Below, piece after piece: positions 28,515-38,456 of a DNA stretch of 51,495 nt (its first letter is position 1; each line of letters starts with the position of its first letter). The DNA is taken from contig JBAXIL010000008.1 in NCBI GenBank assembly GCA_037138355.1, positions 1 to 51,495 on the forward strand. The letters are read 5' to 3'. The notes beneath the pieces were generated by a model. It had not been told where the DNA came from, ran no database searches, and was given only the letters and a program-made list of their open reading frames with translations. The position numbers and the translations under genes were made by a program. The stretch comes from a bacterium (lineage in GTDB: Bacteria > Oederibacteriota > PGYV01 > Palsa-1178).

Positions 28515-29015
28515 ATGAACTACATTGATGTCATTCTGATAATCATCGCAATAATAGGCCTTCTCATTGGCTGGAAATTACGCGGAGTACTTACAATAGT
28601 GATTCCTATTGCTTTTCTGGTAGGTATATTTATAGCCAATTATGGCTATCATTCAATGGCAGAAGTGCTGATTAAGTATATTCCTACAGAATCAAAGAGA
28701 TTTCTTATCTCATATGTCATTATATTTCTTATAGCCAGCTGTGTGATAATTTTTGTAGGCGTTCTATTGTCAAGATTCTTTGATTTTTTCAACCTCGCCT
28801 TTATTGATAGGATATTTGGAGCAGCACTTATGATTACACTTCTTTTAATCCCAGTATATTTCTTATTTATGAAAATGGAAGGAATTGCGAAGTTCAACTT
28901 CACGCAAGATGTAAATAAATCATTTCTTTTCCCCTATGTAAAAAATTATATTGAATTTATTTTAAGAATCCCCGTATTAAAACATTTGGATATGGTTGGA
29001 AAGATATTAAAATAA
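28515..29015 (+). CDS. cvpA: CvpA (colicin V production) family membrane protein
   Basis: MNYIDVIL...G...G, four TM helices, DRIFGA motif; next to pur genes. Confidence 0.8.
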   Translation: MNYIDVILIIIAIIGLLIGWKLRGVLTIVIPIAFLVGIFIANYGYHSMAEVLIKYIPTESKRFLISYVIIFLIASCVIIFVGVLLSRFFDFFNLAFIDRIFGAALMITLLLIPVYFLFMKMEGIAKFNFTQDVNKSFLFPYVKNYIEFILRIPVLKHLDMVGKILK

Positions 29016-29052
29016 TTTTAGGTAGTTTGATTTATTAGATTAATAGTAGAGT

Positions 29053-30681
29053 TTATTTATAAGGACTTGGATATATAGAAAATCTCAGATTATAATACCC
29101 CACCCAAGCATAACCACCGTCATAGTGAAGGTAGCTAATATCAAAATTAAATAATCTATCTATATGTGTGTTAATAATGTATGTATTAGGTAAAAATGGA
29201 TTTTTATTAAATTGAAGCGGTACTGTAAGTTCAATCTTCACGCCGACTTTTTTAAATAATTCCCTTGATAAACCAAAGTAAAATGCATTTCTCACTTCTG
29301 CAGAAGTATTTGAAGTCTGTGATCCTGTAATTGCTGGATCAAAATCACCGAGTATAGAACTTACAATATATGTCAAATATCCTGCTGCCCCTTTGCCCTT
29401 ATCCTGTTTTGAAATTTTAAAACCCTGAACATAGCCACCATACATAGTAGTATCCCAAATCACGTTTTTTGCTGCTGTTACATAAATACCCTGCTGACCA
29501 AGTACTTTGTCTTTTGTTCCTATGGTTGTTCCTCCACCAGTTGCTGAGCTTTGTGTTGAACCACCGATAGAGTCCTGTAAAAGCATTGAATACATTACAC
29601 CCAAACCAAGCGACGGATACCAAGAAGTACCTTCGTTAATGAATGTCCATTTGGCATCCAGAGATAAGAGCCACACACCTATCTTTTGAAAAGAATCTGT
29701 CTTTTTATCACCAAGAATATCTGTGTGTTCTCCAAATATAGTACCGATGAAATAAGTGAAGCCCATATCCACATTAAGACCCATATTGTCAAAAATATTA
29801 TTTCTATATGCCGTAGGTAACAAACAAATACTTGTTCGTGGCATTGGGAAAGGAACAGCAGTTACTGAATCAGTTTGCTTTGAAACATTGCCACTTATAT
29901 CAATTGTCTCCGCAGTATAATAATAACGAAGCCCAGGTACTACATCATCATCAGCATAAAATGTTTTTGTGTAAGGTACAAATTTTATAAATGTATGTTC
30001 TTCTGGCGTTCTACCTCTATAAAAATTATATCCTGAAATCAGCAAGGTTCCTTGTGTTGCCTGTGCCCATTTCAAAGATATGCTTTGTATGTCCTGAAAG
30101 GCCTTGATGACTGGGGGCTGTGGTAATGTCATATCAGCTGACTTCACTGACTTTGATATAGACATATAAGCGTTAAAGCTTGTGTCCATTGCTTCCACCT
30201 TATAAAAGTAAACTGTTGAAGTCAAAATAGCAGAATCTATATATTCTGCTTTAGACAGCTGATCCTTATTAATTTTAGAAAAGGCACTTGTTTGAGTCCT
30301 GTAAACATTGTAATAAACATTTTCCTTTTGTTTTGGAATCCAAGAAAGTTTAATTCCATCTTTAGGATTTACATCAAAGGTAATATTTGCAGGACTCAAA
30401 TCAACTACAGCTGTTGAAGTAACTGCTACTGCCGTAACCGTAGTTGAAACTTTTACAGCAACAGTAGTAGTTAAAGCAATTGCAGTTGGAGTTAAAATAT
30501 TAGCAGTTGTAGTCGTGCCAGTGACACCTATAGGATTTTCAGGTATGACTTTCTGTGTTGCAGGAATAAGTGTAGCCACCACACTGACTGTTGCTGTGAC
30601 AGGAATTGCCTTAGCATCTTCCGCAAGCACAAAAGTCGAACTAATTAAAGCAAGAGAAATTATAAGAATTATTTTTTTCAT
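29053..30681 (-). CDS. Secreted protein: Thr-rich linker, two FN3-like domains, probable C-terminal outer-membrane barrel
   Basis: Signal peptide; LSW...YNVYR...YFYKVEA and LKW...GYNFYR...YYYTAETID; C-terminal half with amphipathic aromatic-rich strands. Confidence 0.65.
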   Translation of the reverse strand: MKKIILIISLALISSTFVLAEDAKAIPVTATVSVVATLIPATQKVIPENPIGVTGTTTTANILTPTAIALTTTVAVKVSTTVTAVAVTSTAVVDLSPANITFDVNPKDGIKLSWIPKQKENVYYNVYRTQTSAFSKINKDQLSKAEYIDSAILTSTVYFYKVEAMDTSFNAYMSISKSVKSADMTLPQPPVIKAFQDIQSISLKWAQATQGTLLISGYNFYRGRTPEEHTFIKFVPYTKTFYADDDVVPGLRYYYTAETIDISGNVSKQTDSVTAVPFPMPRTSICLLPTAYRNNIFDNMGLNVDMGFTYFIGTIFGEHTDILGDKKTDSFQKIGVWLLSLDAKWTFINEGTSWYPSLGLGVMYSMLLQDSIGGSTQSSATGGGTTIGTKDKVLGQQGIYVTAAKNVIWDTTMYGGYVQGFKISKQDKGKGAAGYLTYIVSSILGDFDPAITGSQTSNTSAEVRNAFYFGLSRELFKKVGVKIELTVPLQFNKNPFLPNTYIINTHIDRLFNFDISYLHYDGGYAWVGYYNLRFSIYPSPYK

Positions 30682-31241
30682 TTTTTCACGAAGTTTTTTA
30701 TTATTAGTTTTCCATTCTCTGTCAGAATGGATTCCGGATGAAACTGGACGCCTTCCAAAGAATACTTTTTATGCCTTATTCCCATAATCTCACCCTCTTT
30801 TGTCCAAGCACTTATGACAAGCTCTTTTGAAAGAGTTTTCTTATCTGCCACAAGTGAGTGGTACCGAGTTGCTGTAAATGGATTTTTCATTCCTTCATAT
30901 ACCCCTTTGCCATCATGGAATATAAGAGAAGTCTTCCCATGCATAATTCTATAGTTTCTTTTGATTTTTCCACCTAAGGCTTCAGCAATACACTGATGTC
31001 CAAGGCATACCCCAAGTATCGGGATTTGCTTCATAAATGTTGTAATAACCTCTTTTGAAATACCTGCATTGACAGGCCAAGACGGTCCAGGAGAAATTAC
31101 AATTTTTTCTGGATTCAACGCTTTTATTTGTGCTATTGTAATTTCATCATTTTTACGAACAATAATATCCTTGGTGAACTCCCCTATGTATTGCACTATA
31201 TTATAAGTGAAAGAATCATAATTATCTATCATAAGTATCAT
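30678..31241 (-). CDS. trpG: Anthranilate synthase component II (glutamine amidotransferase)
   Basis: IDNYDSFT, SPGP, GVCLGHQ, RYHSL, QFHPES. Confidence 0.9.
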   Translation of the reverse strand: MILMIDNYDSFTYNIVQYIGEFTKDIIVRKNDEITIAQIKALNPEKIVISPGPSWPVNAGISKEVITTFMKQIPILGVCLGHQCIAEALGGKIKRNYRIMHGKTSLIFHDGKGVYEGMKNPFTATRYHSLVADKKTLSKELVISAWTKEGEIMGIRHKKYSLEGVQFHPESILTENGKLIIKNFVKK

Positions 31242-31242
31242 A

Positions 31243-32727
31243 TTATTCCTCCAACTCATTGACGCGTTTTACTGCTTGAAAAGTCGCCATGGCCTTATTT
31301 AATGTCTCTTGATACTCAAATTCAGGTTTCGAATCTGCTACAATTCCAGCACCAGCTTGCATTATTAGCTTTCCATTACTGTAATATATAGTTCTAATAG
31401 AAATACATGTTTCCATATTGCCAGAAAAGCTTATTATACCTACCGCGCCTGAATATGGTCCTCTTTTATATTTTTCCATTTCATCAATAATCTGCATTGC
31501 CCTAACCTTAGGAGCGCCAGAGACAGTACCTGCAGGAAAAGTAGATAAAAAAGCATCAAAAATATCAAAATCTTTTTTGAGTGTTCCTGTTACACCAGAT
31601 ACTATATGCATGACATGTGAGTATTTTTCAACCAGCATCATATCATTAACCTTAACCGTTGCAGGAGCACATACTTTACCTAAATCATTGCGACCCAAAT
31701 CAACAAGCATTACATGTTCGGCTCTTTCTTTTTCATCACTCAACAATTCTTTTTCCATTGCCATATCTTCAGCAGGAGTTTTACCTCTCTTACGGGTTCC
31801 TGCTATAGGTCTAACTTCAGCAGTCCCTTTAACCACCCTAACCATAAGTTCAGGCGATGCGCCAATAATATATTTTCCACCCATTCTCAAGAAGTGCATA
31901 TACGGAGAAGGATTTACTGTCCGCAAGCTACGATACATGTTTATAGGATTTCCATTAAAGTCAGCTCCAAATCTTTGCGATAAAACAACTTGTATGGCTT
32001 CTCCGTTATTTAATAGCTCCACTGTCTTCTTTACAGCCTGTTTATATTCAGCAGGTTTTGTAAAGTTTTTTACTTTGCCAATTTTAACAGGTTTCATACT
32101 TACTGGTTTTAAAGGTTTTTTAAGACCCGCAATAATATGCTTTATGTTGACAACGGCTTTTAAATATTTTGACTTAACTTGTGAAGAAGTATCGCCCGCT
32201 TCAATAAATATATTATTTACTACCTGAATCTTATGATACACATGATCAAATACCATAAGTACATCATTAAACATAAGATATATATCAGGCCAACCGAGCG
32301 TATCAATCTTTTTTTCATGTGGTACTTTTTCATATAATTTAATAACATCATAACCTATATATCCTATAGCGCCTCCGTTAAAATCAGGAAGACCTGCAAC
32401 CGGCGCTGATTTAAAACCTGAAAATATTTTTTTAAGTTCTCCTATAGGGTCGTTTGTTTTTATGACTGTCTTAATACCAGCCCTATCCCTCGTTATGGCA
32501 TTATTTTGATATGTAAATATCTCATATGGTTTTCTACTTAAAAAAGAATAACGAGCAGTCTTTTCTCCGCCTTCAATTGATTCAAGTAGAAAAGAATTTT
32601 CTGGAGCATCTATTTTCATATATGCCGAAAGAGGTGTCTCTAAATCAGCTAATGTCTCACCATAGACAGGAATAACATTATATGTTTTAGAAAGCTTTAG
32701 AACTTCCTTTAATTCTGGTTTTATCAT
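31243..32727 (-). CDS. trpE: Anthranilate synthase component I
   Basis: LLES and NPSPYM (Trp-feedback motifs), PIAGT, EH.MLVDLGRND, FPAGTVSGAPK; start moved to 32727. Confidence 0.92.
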   Translation of the reverse strand: MIKPELKEVLKLSKTYNVIPVYGETLADLETPLSAYMKIDAPENSFLLESIEGGEKTARYSFLSRKPYEIFTYQNNAITRDRAGIKTVIKTNDPIGELKKIFSGFKSAPVAGLPDFNGGAIGYIGYDVIKLYEKVPHEKKIDTLGWPDIYLMFNDVLMVFDHVYHKIQVVNNIFIEAGDTSSQVKSKYLKAVVNIKHIIAGLKKPLKPVSMKPVKIGKVKNFTKPAEYKQAVKKTVELLNNGEAIQVVLSQRFGADFNGNPINMYRSLRTVNPSPYMHFLRMGGKYIIGASPELMVRVVKGTAEVRPIAGTRKRGKTPAEDMAMEKELLSDEKERAEHVMLVDLGRNDLGKVCAPATVKVNDMMLVEKYSHVMHIVSGVTGTLKKDFDIFDAFLSTFPAGTVSGAPKVRAMQIIDEMEKYKRGPYSGAVGIISFSGNMETCISIRTIYYSNGKLIMQAGAGIVADSKPEFEYQETLNKAMATFQAVKRVNELEE

Positions 32728-32740
32728 AAACCATCCTAAA

Positions 32741-33136
32741 TTATTTTTTCTTATAAACTTCTTTTGGATCAAAAACTCTTTCACCTTTAATTTCAAGCGA
32801 GCCATCTTTCAATATTTCAGTATAAAAACAGGATTTATATCCTGTATGACAAGCTGCTCCGCCTATCTGGTCTACTTTCATAAGTATAGCATCACTATCG
32901 CAATCAATATATATACTCTTCACTTCCTGAGTATTACCAGACTCTTCACCCTTAAACCAAAGTTTCTGTCTTGAACGCGACCAGTAATGAGCTTTTCCCT
33001 TTTCCAATGTCAATTTAAGTGATTCCTTATTCATCCAAGCTATCATTAGTATCTCGCCAGTCCTACAATCCTGTGCAATAGCAGCACAAAGTCCTTTTTC
33101 ATCAAATTTAACTTTTTCTATATCAAACTTTTCCAT
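32741..33136 (-). CDS. hisI: Phosphoribosyl-AMP cyclohydrolase
   Basis: YWSRSR..LW.KGEESG, DCDSD, ACHTG..SCF; no HisE fusion. Confidence 0.96.
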   Translation of the reverse strand: MEKFDIEKVKFDEKGLCAAIAQDCRTGEILMIAWMNKESLKLTLEKGKAHYWSRSRQKLWFKGEESGNTQEVKSIYIDCDSDAILMKVDQIGGAACHTGYKSCFYTEILKDGSLEIKGERVFDPKEVYKKK

Positions 33137-33259
33137 GTTGACTCCTTTTATGTGGTTTTATACATAATAAACGAAAACTATTAAAAGTCAAAGGTAAAAA
33201 CAATGGATACATTAGAATGGTTAGAATACCTTAAGAAGTGCGATAAAATGCTTTAGTTA

Positions 33260-34018
33260 TTACAAGCGAACTGGGATGCCTCTTTTTGAGAGATATTGTT
33301 TAACTGATTTTATTGTATATTCTTTGTAATGAAATATGCTCGCCGCAAGTACCGCATCAGCTTTGCCTTCTTTTAAAACATCATACATATGTTTTGGACT
33401 TCCTGCTCCGCCTGAAGCGATAACAGGAACTCTAACCGCATCAGATACTGCTCTATTTAGTTCTATATCATAGCCGGCTTTTGTTCCATCCGAATCCATA
33501 GATGTAAGCAGTATTTCACCAGCCCCTAAGCTTTCTGCTTTTTTCACCCACTTAATAACATCTATACCAGTTGCGATTCTTCCTCCGTGCGTATATACTT
33601 CCCATCCGCCTTGGGCTTTTCTTTTAGCATCAACTGCTAAAACTATACATTGGCGACCAAACTTATTTGCACCATTTTTTATCAAGACAGGATTATTGAC
33701 AGCAGCGGTATTAACCGAAATTTTGTCAGCCCCATTATTTAAAATCAAAGCCATATCAGCCACTTCTCGAATACCACCACCCACAGTCAAAGGAATAAAA
33801 ACTTTTTCTGCAGTTTTTCGGATGACATCAATGATGGTTTTTCTTTTTTCGTGAGAGGCAGTAATATCGAGGAACACCACTTCGTCAGCACCTGCTAAGT
33901 TATACTCATAAGCAGCTTCTACAGGATCTCCGGCATCAACAAGGTTTAGAAATTGAATACCTTTTACCACCCTGCCCTTATTGACATCCAGACAAGGAAT
34001 AATTCTCTTGGTGAGCAT
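33260..34018 (-). CDS. hisF: Imidazole glycerol phosphate synthase cyclase subunit
   Basis: [30 protein letters not shown]. Confidence 0.98.
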   Translation of the reverse strand: MLTKRIIPCLDVNKGRVVKGIQFLNLVDAGDPVEAAYEYNLAGADEVVFLDITASHEKRKTIIDVIRKTAEKVFIPLTVGGGIREVADMALILNNGADKISVNTAAVNNPVLIKNGANKFGRQCIVLAVDAKRKAQGGWEVYTHGGRIATGIDVIKWVKKAESLGAGEILLTSMDSDGTKAGYDIELNRAVSDAVRVPVIASGGAGSPKHMYDVLKEGKADAVLAASIFHYKEYTIKSVKQYLSKRGIPVRL

Positions 34019-34021
34019 TAA

Positions 34022-34756
34022 CTATATATCCTTAGCAAGCTTTATAGCATCTTTTAAATCTATGTCTCCAGTATAAAGTGCTTTTCCTATAATAATACCT
34101 TCTATGTTGCCATACTTATTATCGAGCTCAATTATTTGTTCAATATTTTTTAATGTGGTTATGCCGCCTGAAACTATGACGCGCATACGAGTGTGTTTTA
34201 ATACTTTGATTATTCCCTTAATGTTTGGACCTTTTAAGACGCCATCTCTGTTTATATCTGTATAAATAATCTTTTTAACTCCCTTTTTTTCAAGTTCTTT
34301 TAAAAAAGGAATTACTTTTATTCCTGTAACATCCACCCATCCCTTAACTGCTATATAACCATCTTTAGCATCCACACCTACTACTACTTTGTCTTTATAC
34401 TTTTCAATCATTTCTTCTAAAAAACCGTCTTGGGCTATGGCAGAGGTGGACAAAATTACACTTTTCACATCTGCTTTGACATATTTTTTTATATCTTCTT
34501 CATCCCGTAAACCACCGCCAACTTCAATTTTAACCTTAAGTGCTTTTACTATTTTCATTATGATTTCCATATTCTTAGGCGAACCAGTTATTGCGCCATC
34601 CAAATCTACCACATGTATTAATTTGGCACCTTTAACCTGCCAAAGCTTTGCCATTTCCACAGGTTCTTTTGAATATACTGTTTCGTCACGCACATCGCCT
34701 TGAATTAGCCTTACGCATCTGCCTTTTCTAACATCGATTGCTGGTATAATCTGCAT
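34022..34756 (-). CDS. hisA: ProFAR isomerase
   Basis: IIPAID...G.CVRL.QG, HVVDLDGA, TDI.RDG.L.G. Confidence 0.97.
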   Translation of the reverse strand: MQIIPAIDVRKGRCVRLIQGDVRDETVYSKEPVEMAKLWQVKGAKLIHVVDLDGAITGSPKNMEIIMKIVKALKVKIEVGGGLRDEEDIKKYVKADVKSVILSTSAIAQDGFLEEMIEKYKDKVVVGVDAKDGYIAVKGWVDVTGIKVIPFLKELEKKGVKKIIYTDINRDGVLKGPNIKGIIKVLKHTRMRVIVSGGITTLKNIEQIIELDNKYGNIEGIIIGKALYTGDIDLKDAIKLAKDI

Positions 34757-34815
34757 ATTATTCTCCCATGTAATAAAAATTTGAAACTTTTATAAAAACC
34801 GACAAATATTATATT

Positions 34816-35448
34816 CTATTTGTCTTTTCTTTGAATACAAATTTTGTAAAAATTTTTATATATTACCATTGCTGCTTCCGTACTTTTTTCTGGGTGGAAC
34901 TGAAAACCAAAGACATTACCGAGTTCTACTGCTGAAGTAAAGATAATATTACCATACTGTGTTTTTGTCAATATGGCTTTTTTATTTAATGGCACACAAT
35001 AATACGAGTGAACAAAATAAAAAAACTGTGAGTTTTTTATTCCTTTGAGTATCTTGCTACCTTTATTAACTATCACTGCTTCATTCCAACCTATATGCGG
35101 AACCTTCATTTTCAAATTAAATCTAACAACATTACCAGGCACAAAACCGAGTCCTTTGTGGCGTCCGAATTCGGATGAATACGAAAACAGCAATTGCATA
35201 CCAAGACATATACCCAATAAGGGTTTGCCTTTAAGTACTTCTTCAATTAACACCTTCTTTAACTTTCTTTTTTCTATTTCTGCCATAGCATCCTGAAAAG
35301 CTCCAACACCAGGCAAAATTATACCACTACATTTTTTTATTACTTCAGGATTATCTGTCAAAACGGCTGGTATTTTTTCATATTGCAAAGCTTTCATTAC
35401 ACTGTGCAAGTTCCCCATACCATAATCTATTACTGCTATTTTATTCAT
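34816..35448 (-). CDS. hisH: Imidazole glycerol phosphate synthase glutaminase subunit
   Basis: DYGMGNL.SV, GICLGMQ, YFVHSY, QFHPEKS. Confidence 0.97.
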   Translation of the reverse strand: MNKIAVIDYGMGNLHSVMKALQYEKIPAVLTDNPEVIKKCSGIILPGVGAFQDAMAEIEKRKLKKVLIEEVLKGKPLLGICLGMQLLFSYSSEFGRHKGLGFVPGNVVRFNLKMKVPHIGWNEAVIVNKGSKILKGIKNSQFFYFVHSYYCVPLNKKAILTKTQYGNIIFTSAVELGNVFGFQFHPEKSTEAAMVIYKNFYKICIQRKDK

Positions 35449-35473
35449 TACTCCACCTTATTATAATTTTTGT

Positions 35474-36058
35474 TTAAAGAGTTCCTTTTGTGCTTGGCAC
35501 ATTCTTACCATTGATTGATATTGCTTCTCTAAGTGCCAAAGCAAATCCTTTAAATATGGCTTCTAATATATGATGTGTGTTTTTGCCTTTAAGTAAATCT
35601 ATGTGTAAAGTCACATTTCCTCCACGCGTAAAACCATTAAAAAACTCTTCCACAAGTTCAGTGTCAAAAGTGCCAATCTTTTTAATTGCTAACTTAACAT
35701 TATAATCAAGATAAGTCCGTCCAGATAAATCAATTACCACCCTACATAGGGCTTCATCAAGCACACCTGCTGAGCCAAAACGCTTAATCCCACTTTTATT
35801 GCCCAAGGCTTTGACTAAAACTTGTCCTAAGGTTATCCCTAAATCTTCGGTTAAGTGATGTGCATCTATCTGCGTATCGCCCTTAGCCGCAATCACCATA
35901 TCTATGCCACTATGTTTAGAGAGTTGCTCAAGCATATGTGTCATAAACGGTTCGTTTGTTTTTATGGAATACTTTCCTGTTCCATCTAAATTAATACCAA
36001 ATACTATATCAGTTTCATTTGTCTTTCTTGAAAACTCAGCAGTTCTTGTTTTTTTCAT
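35474..36058 (-). CDS. hisB: Imidazoleglycerol-phosphate dehydratase
   Basis: RKTNETDI, DAHHLTED, NTHHILEAIFK, PSTKG. Confidence 0.97.
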   Translation of the reverse strand: MKKTRTAEFSRKTNETDIVFGINLDGTGKYSIKTNEPFMTHMLEQLSKHSGIDMVIAAKGDTQIDAHHLTEDLGITLGQVLVKALGNKSGIKRFGSAGVLDEALCRVVIDLSGRTYLDYNVKLAIKKIGTFDTELVEEFFNGFTRGGNVTLHIDLLKGKNTHHILEAIFKGFALALREAISINGKNVPSTKGTL

Positions 36059-37099
36059 TTAAACACCCCGTTTGAGTATTTTTAAGGCAGCCATATTTTC
36101 ATCAGGTGTGCCTATGGTAATTCTTAAAAAATTCTTTAATCGTCCTGTCTTAAACATTCTAACGGAAATACCGTTTTTTTCAAATAAATTCTTAACCTTA
36201 TTTCCATTATTTACTTTTATCAGTAGAAAATTAGCATCACTTTTTACAACAAGATAATCTTTTTTTAACGAGGCATACAGCTTATCGCGATCTAAACGAA
36301 TTTTCTTTACAACCTTTGTTATATTGGTCTTTGCCATTATACAAGCACATATCATCGAAACTGTATTTAAGTTATACGGCAATCTTACTTTATTTATCAC
36401 TCTGATAATTTCTGGAGCTGCCAGCATATAACCTACTCTCATTGAAGCAAGCGAATAGGCCTTTGAAAAAGTCCTCAGTATTATTATTTTCTTATTTTTA
36501 GACATCATTTTTAAAAAAGATTTTCCAGAAAACTCAAAATATGCCTCATCTATCACAACAAAACAATCAACTGCCTTTATAATCCTGCGAATAATTTCCT
36601 CAGAAAAACAGTTACCAGTTGGATTATTTGGATAAGCCAAAAAGATAAATTTGGCATTTTTGGCAGCCAAAATCATTGCTTTTTCATCAAGATCAAAATT
36701 ATCATTGAGTGGCACTATCACTGGTTTGGCACCATTGGTAAGCGCAAGTATTCTATACATGTCAAAAGAAGGTGCAGGTGCAACAATCTTATCATTTTTG
36801 TCAGTAAAGGCCTGCAATAGATAATGTATTAGCTCATCCGAACCATTGCCAATAACTATGTTATTAGGATTTACACCGTTTTTTTTTGCCAAAATTGAGC
36901 GCAACTTAGAAGAACCAGCTTCTGGATAGCGGTTGAAAGTGAGCTTTTTTAATTCGCTTAAGATTTTCTTTCTTGCCACAAGTGGTATATCATAACCATT
37001 CTCATTAGCATCGATTTTGTATCTATATTCTGCCAACAATTCAGGATTATATGGCACAAGTGCCTTCACAGTAGAGCGCTGAAGTGTTTCTATATTCAA
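36059..37099 (-). CDS. hisC: Histidinol-phosphate aminotransferase (paralog 2, his operon)
   Basis: DANEN, NRYP, GNGSDE, PNNPTG, RTFSKAY; TTG start overlapping the hisD stop. Confidence 0.93.
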   Translation of the reverse strand: MNIETLQRSTVKALVPYNPELLAEYRYKIDANENGYDIPLVARKKILSELKKLTFNRYPEAGSSKLRSILAKKNGVNPNNIVIGNGSDELIHYLLQAFTDKNDKIVAPAPSFDMYRILALTNGAKPVIVPLNDNFDLDEKAMILAAKNAKFIFLAYPNNPTGNCFSEEIIRRIIKAVDCFVVIDEAYFEFSGKSFLKMMSKNKKIIILRTFSKAYSLASMRVGYMLAAPEIIRVINKVRLPYNLNTVSMICACIMAKTNITKVVKKIRLDRDKLYASLKKDYLVVKSDANFLLIKVNNGNKVKNLFEKNGISVRMFKTGRLKNFLRITIGTPDENMAALKILKRGV

Positions 37100-38346
37100 A
37101 CTTTTCTCCTTACCTGTATAGATTGCTTATGATTTACAAGCGTTTCTATTTCGGCGAGCATTTCAGCGTCCTTCCCATGCAGCTCCATACCTTTTTTAGT
37201 AGCTTTGACAATGTGTGTGTGCTTTAAAAAATCAAGCACTGACAACCCTGAGAAATATTTTGCTGTACCATTTGTTGGGAGAATATGATTTGCCCCTGCC
37301 ATATAATCACCAAAAGCCACCGGTGTGTAATCCCCTTCAAATATCGCTGAAGCATTATTTATCTTTTTAATTAATTCACTGCTCTTTTTAACCATAACAG
37401 TTAAATGTTCTGGTGCCTTATAATTAGCTAAAAGAATTGCCTCTGACATATTTTTTACTACTATTATTGTAATATTTAATTTCAGTAATGATTTTTTAAG
37501 TTCAGCTTCTACTTTGTTTGCTATTGCTTCGCTATCAGTAATTAGAAGTCCTTGTCCATTGACATGTTCTGCCTGTGCTAAAAGATCGTATGTGATAAAC
37601 ATAGGATTAGCATTTTTATCAGCAATAATTGTAACTTCCGATGGGCCATTCAAAGAATCTATTCCTATTTTTCCAAATAAGTATTTTTTTGCCATTGTAG
37701 AATATATATTGCCTGGGCCAACAATTTTATCAACTTTATCAATTGACTTTGTCCCACACGCCAAAGCGGCTATGCCCTGTGCCCCACCGACTCTATAAAT
37801 CTCTTTAATACCAAGCATGTCTGCTGCCACAAGGACATAAGGACCTACATCCCCATTATATCTTGGTGGCGATATCACAACTATTCTTTTTACTCCGGCT
37901 ATTTTGGCAGGTATCCCAGCCATAAGCATAGTCGAAAAAAGTGGTGCCTGTCCGCCTGGAATATATATGCCAACCGAATCAAGGGGTTTATATTTCTGTT
38001 GTATTGTATAGCCCTTATTATCAAAAATAAAATCTTTAATATTATTTCTTTGCATAGTATGAAACTTCTTTATATTTTTTATGGCTTTTGCGATGGGAAC
38101 AAAGATTTTTGGATTAACAATTGAGTAGGCAGCTTTTATTGTTTGAGCAGGAACTCTGAGTGTTTTAATCACTGCATTATCAAACTTTTTTGTGTATTTA
38201 TTTATTGCTTTATCTCCATTTTTTTGAACATCTTTGATTACAGAAACGATCGCAGGAGTAGTTTCTAAATTAAAATTATTTAGTCTGTCAAGGCAAGCAA
38301 ATACCTTTTTTTCATTATTTTTAGTATAATAGAGCTTCAGAAACAT
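37096..38346 (-). CDS. hisD: Histidinol dehydrogenase
   Basis: GIYIPGG, GGAQ, GPGN, GPSE, QAEH, APEHL, NHILPT; ATG 38346 after GGAGG. Confidence 0.96.
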   Translation of the reverse strand: MFLKLYYTKNNEKKVFACLDRLNNFNLETTPAIVSVIKDVQKNGDKAINKYTKKFDNAVIKTLRVPAQTIKAAYSIVNPKIFVPIAKAIKNIKKFHTMQRNNIKDFIFDNKGYTIQQKYKPLDSVGIYIPGGQAPLFSTMLMAGIPAKIAGVKRIVVISPPRYNGDVGPYVLVAADMLGIKEIYRVGGAQGIAALACGTKSIDKVDKIVGPGNIYSTMAKKYLFGKIGIDSLNGPSEVTIIADKNANPMFITYDLLAQAEHVNGQGLLITDSEAIANKVEAELKKSLLKLNITIIVVKNMSEAILLANYKAPEHLTVMVKKSSELIKKINNASAIFEGDYTPVAFGDYMAGANHILPTNGTAKYFSGLSVLDFLKHTHIVKATKKGMELHGKDAEMLAEIETLVNHKQSIQVRRKV

Positions 38347-38456
38347 TATTCCTCCCATAACGACAAAAAAAATGCCGTTCAAAATAAATTTCTGGAATGT
38401 TCCATATATCTATGCCAATTTACTGTTATTAGCCAGCCAATACTATTACAAACGCT

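Noticed and set aside
30678..32727. pabA/pabB instead of trpG/trpE
   Set aside because: LLES plus NPSPYM motifs favour anthranilate synthase; the amidotransferase could still serve both pathways
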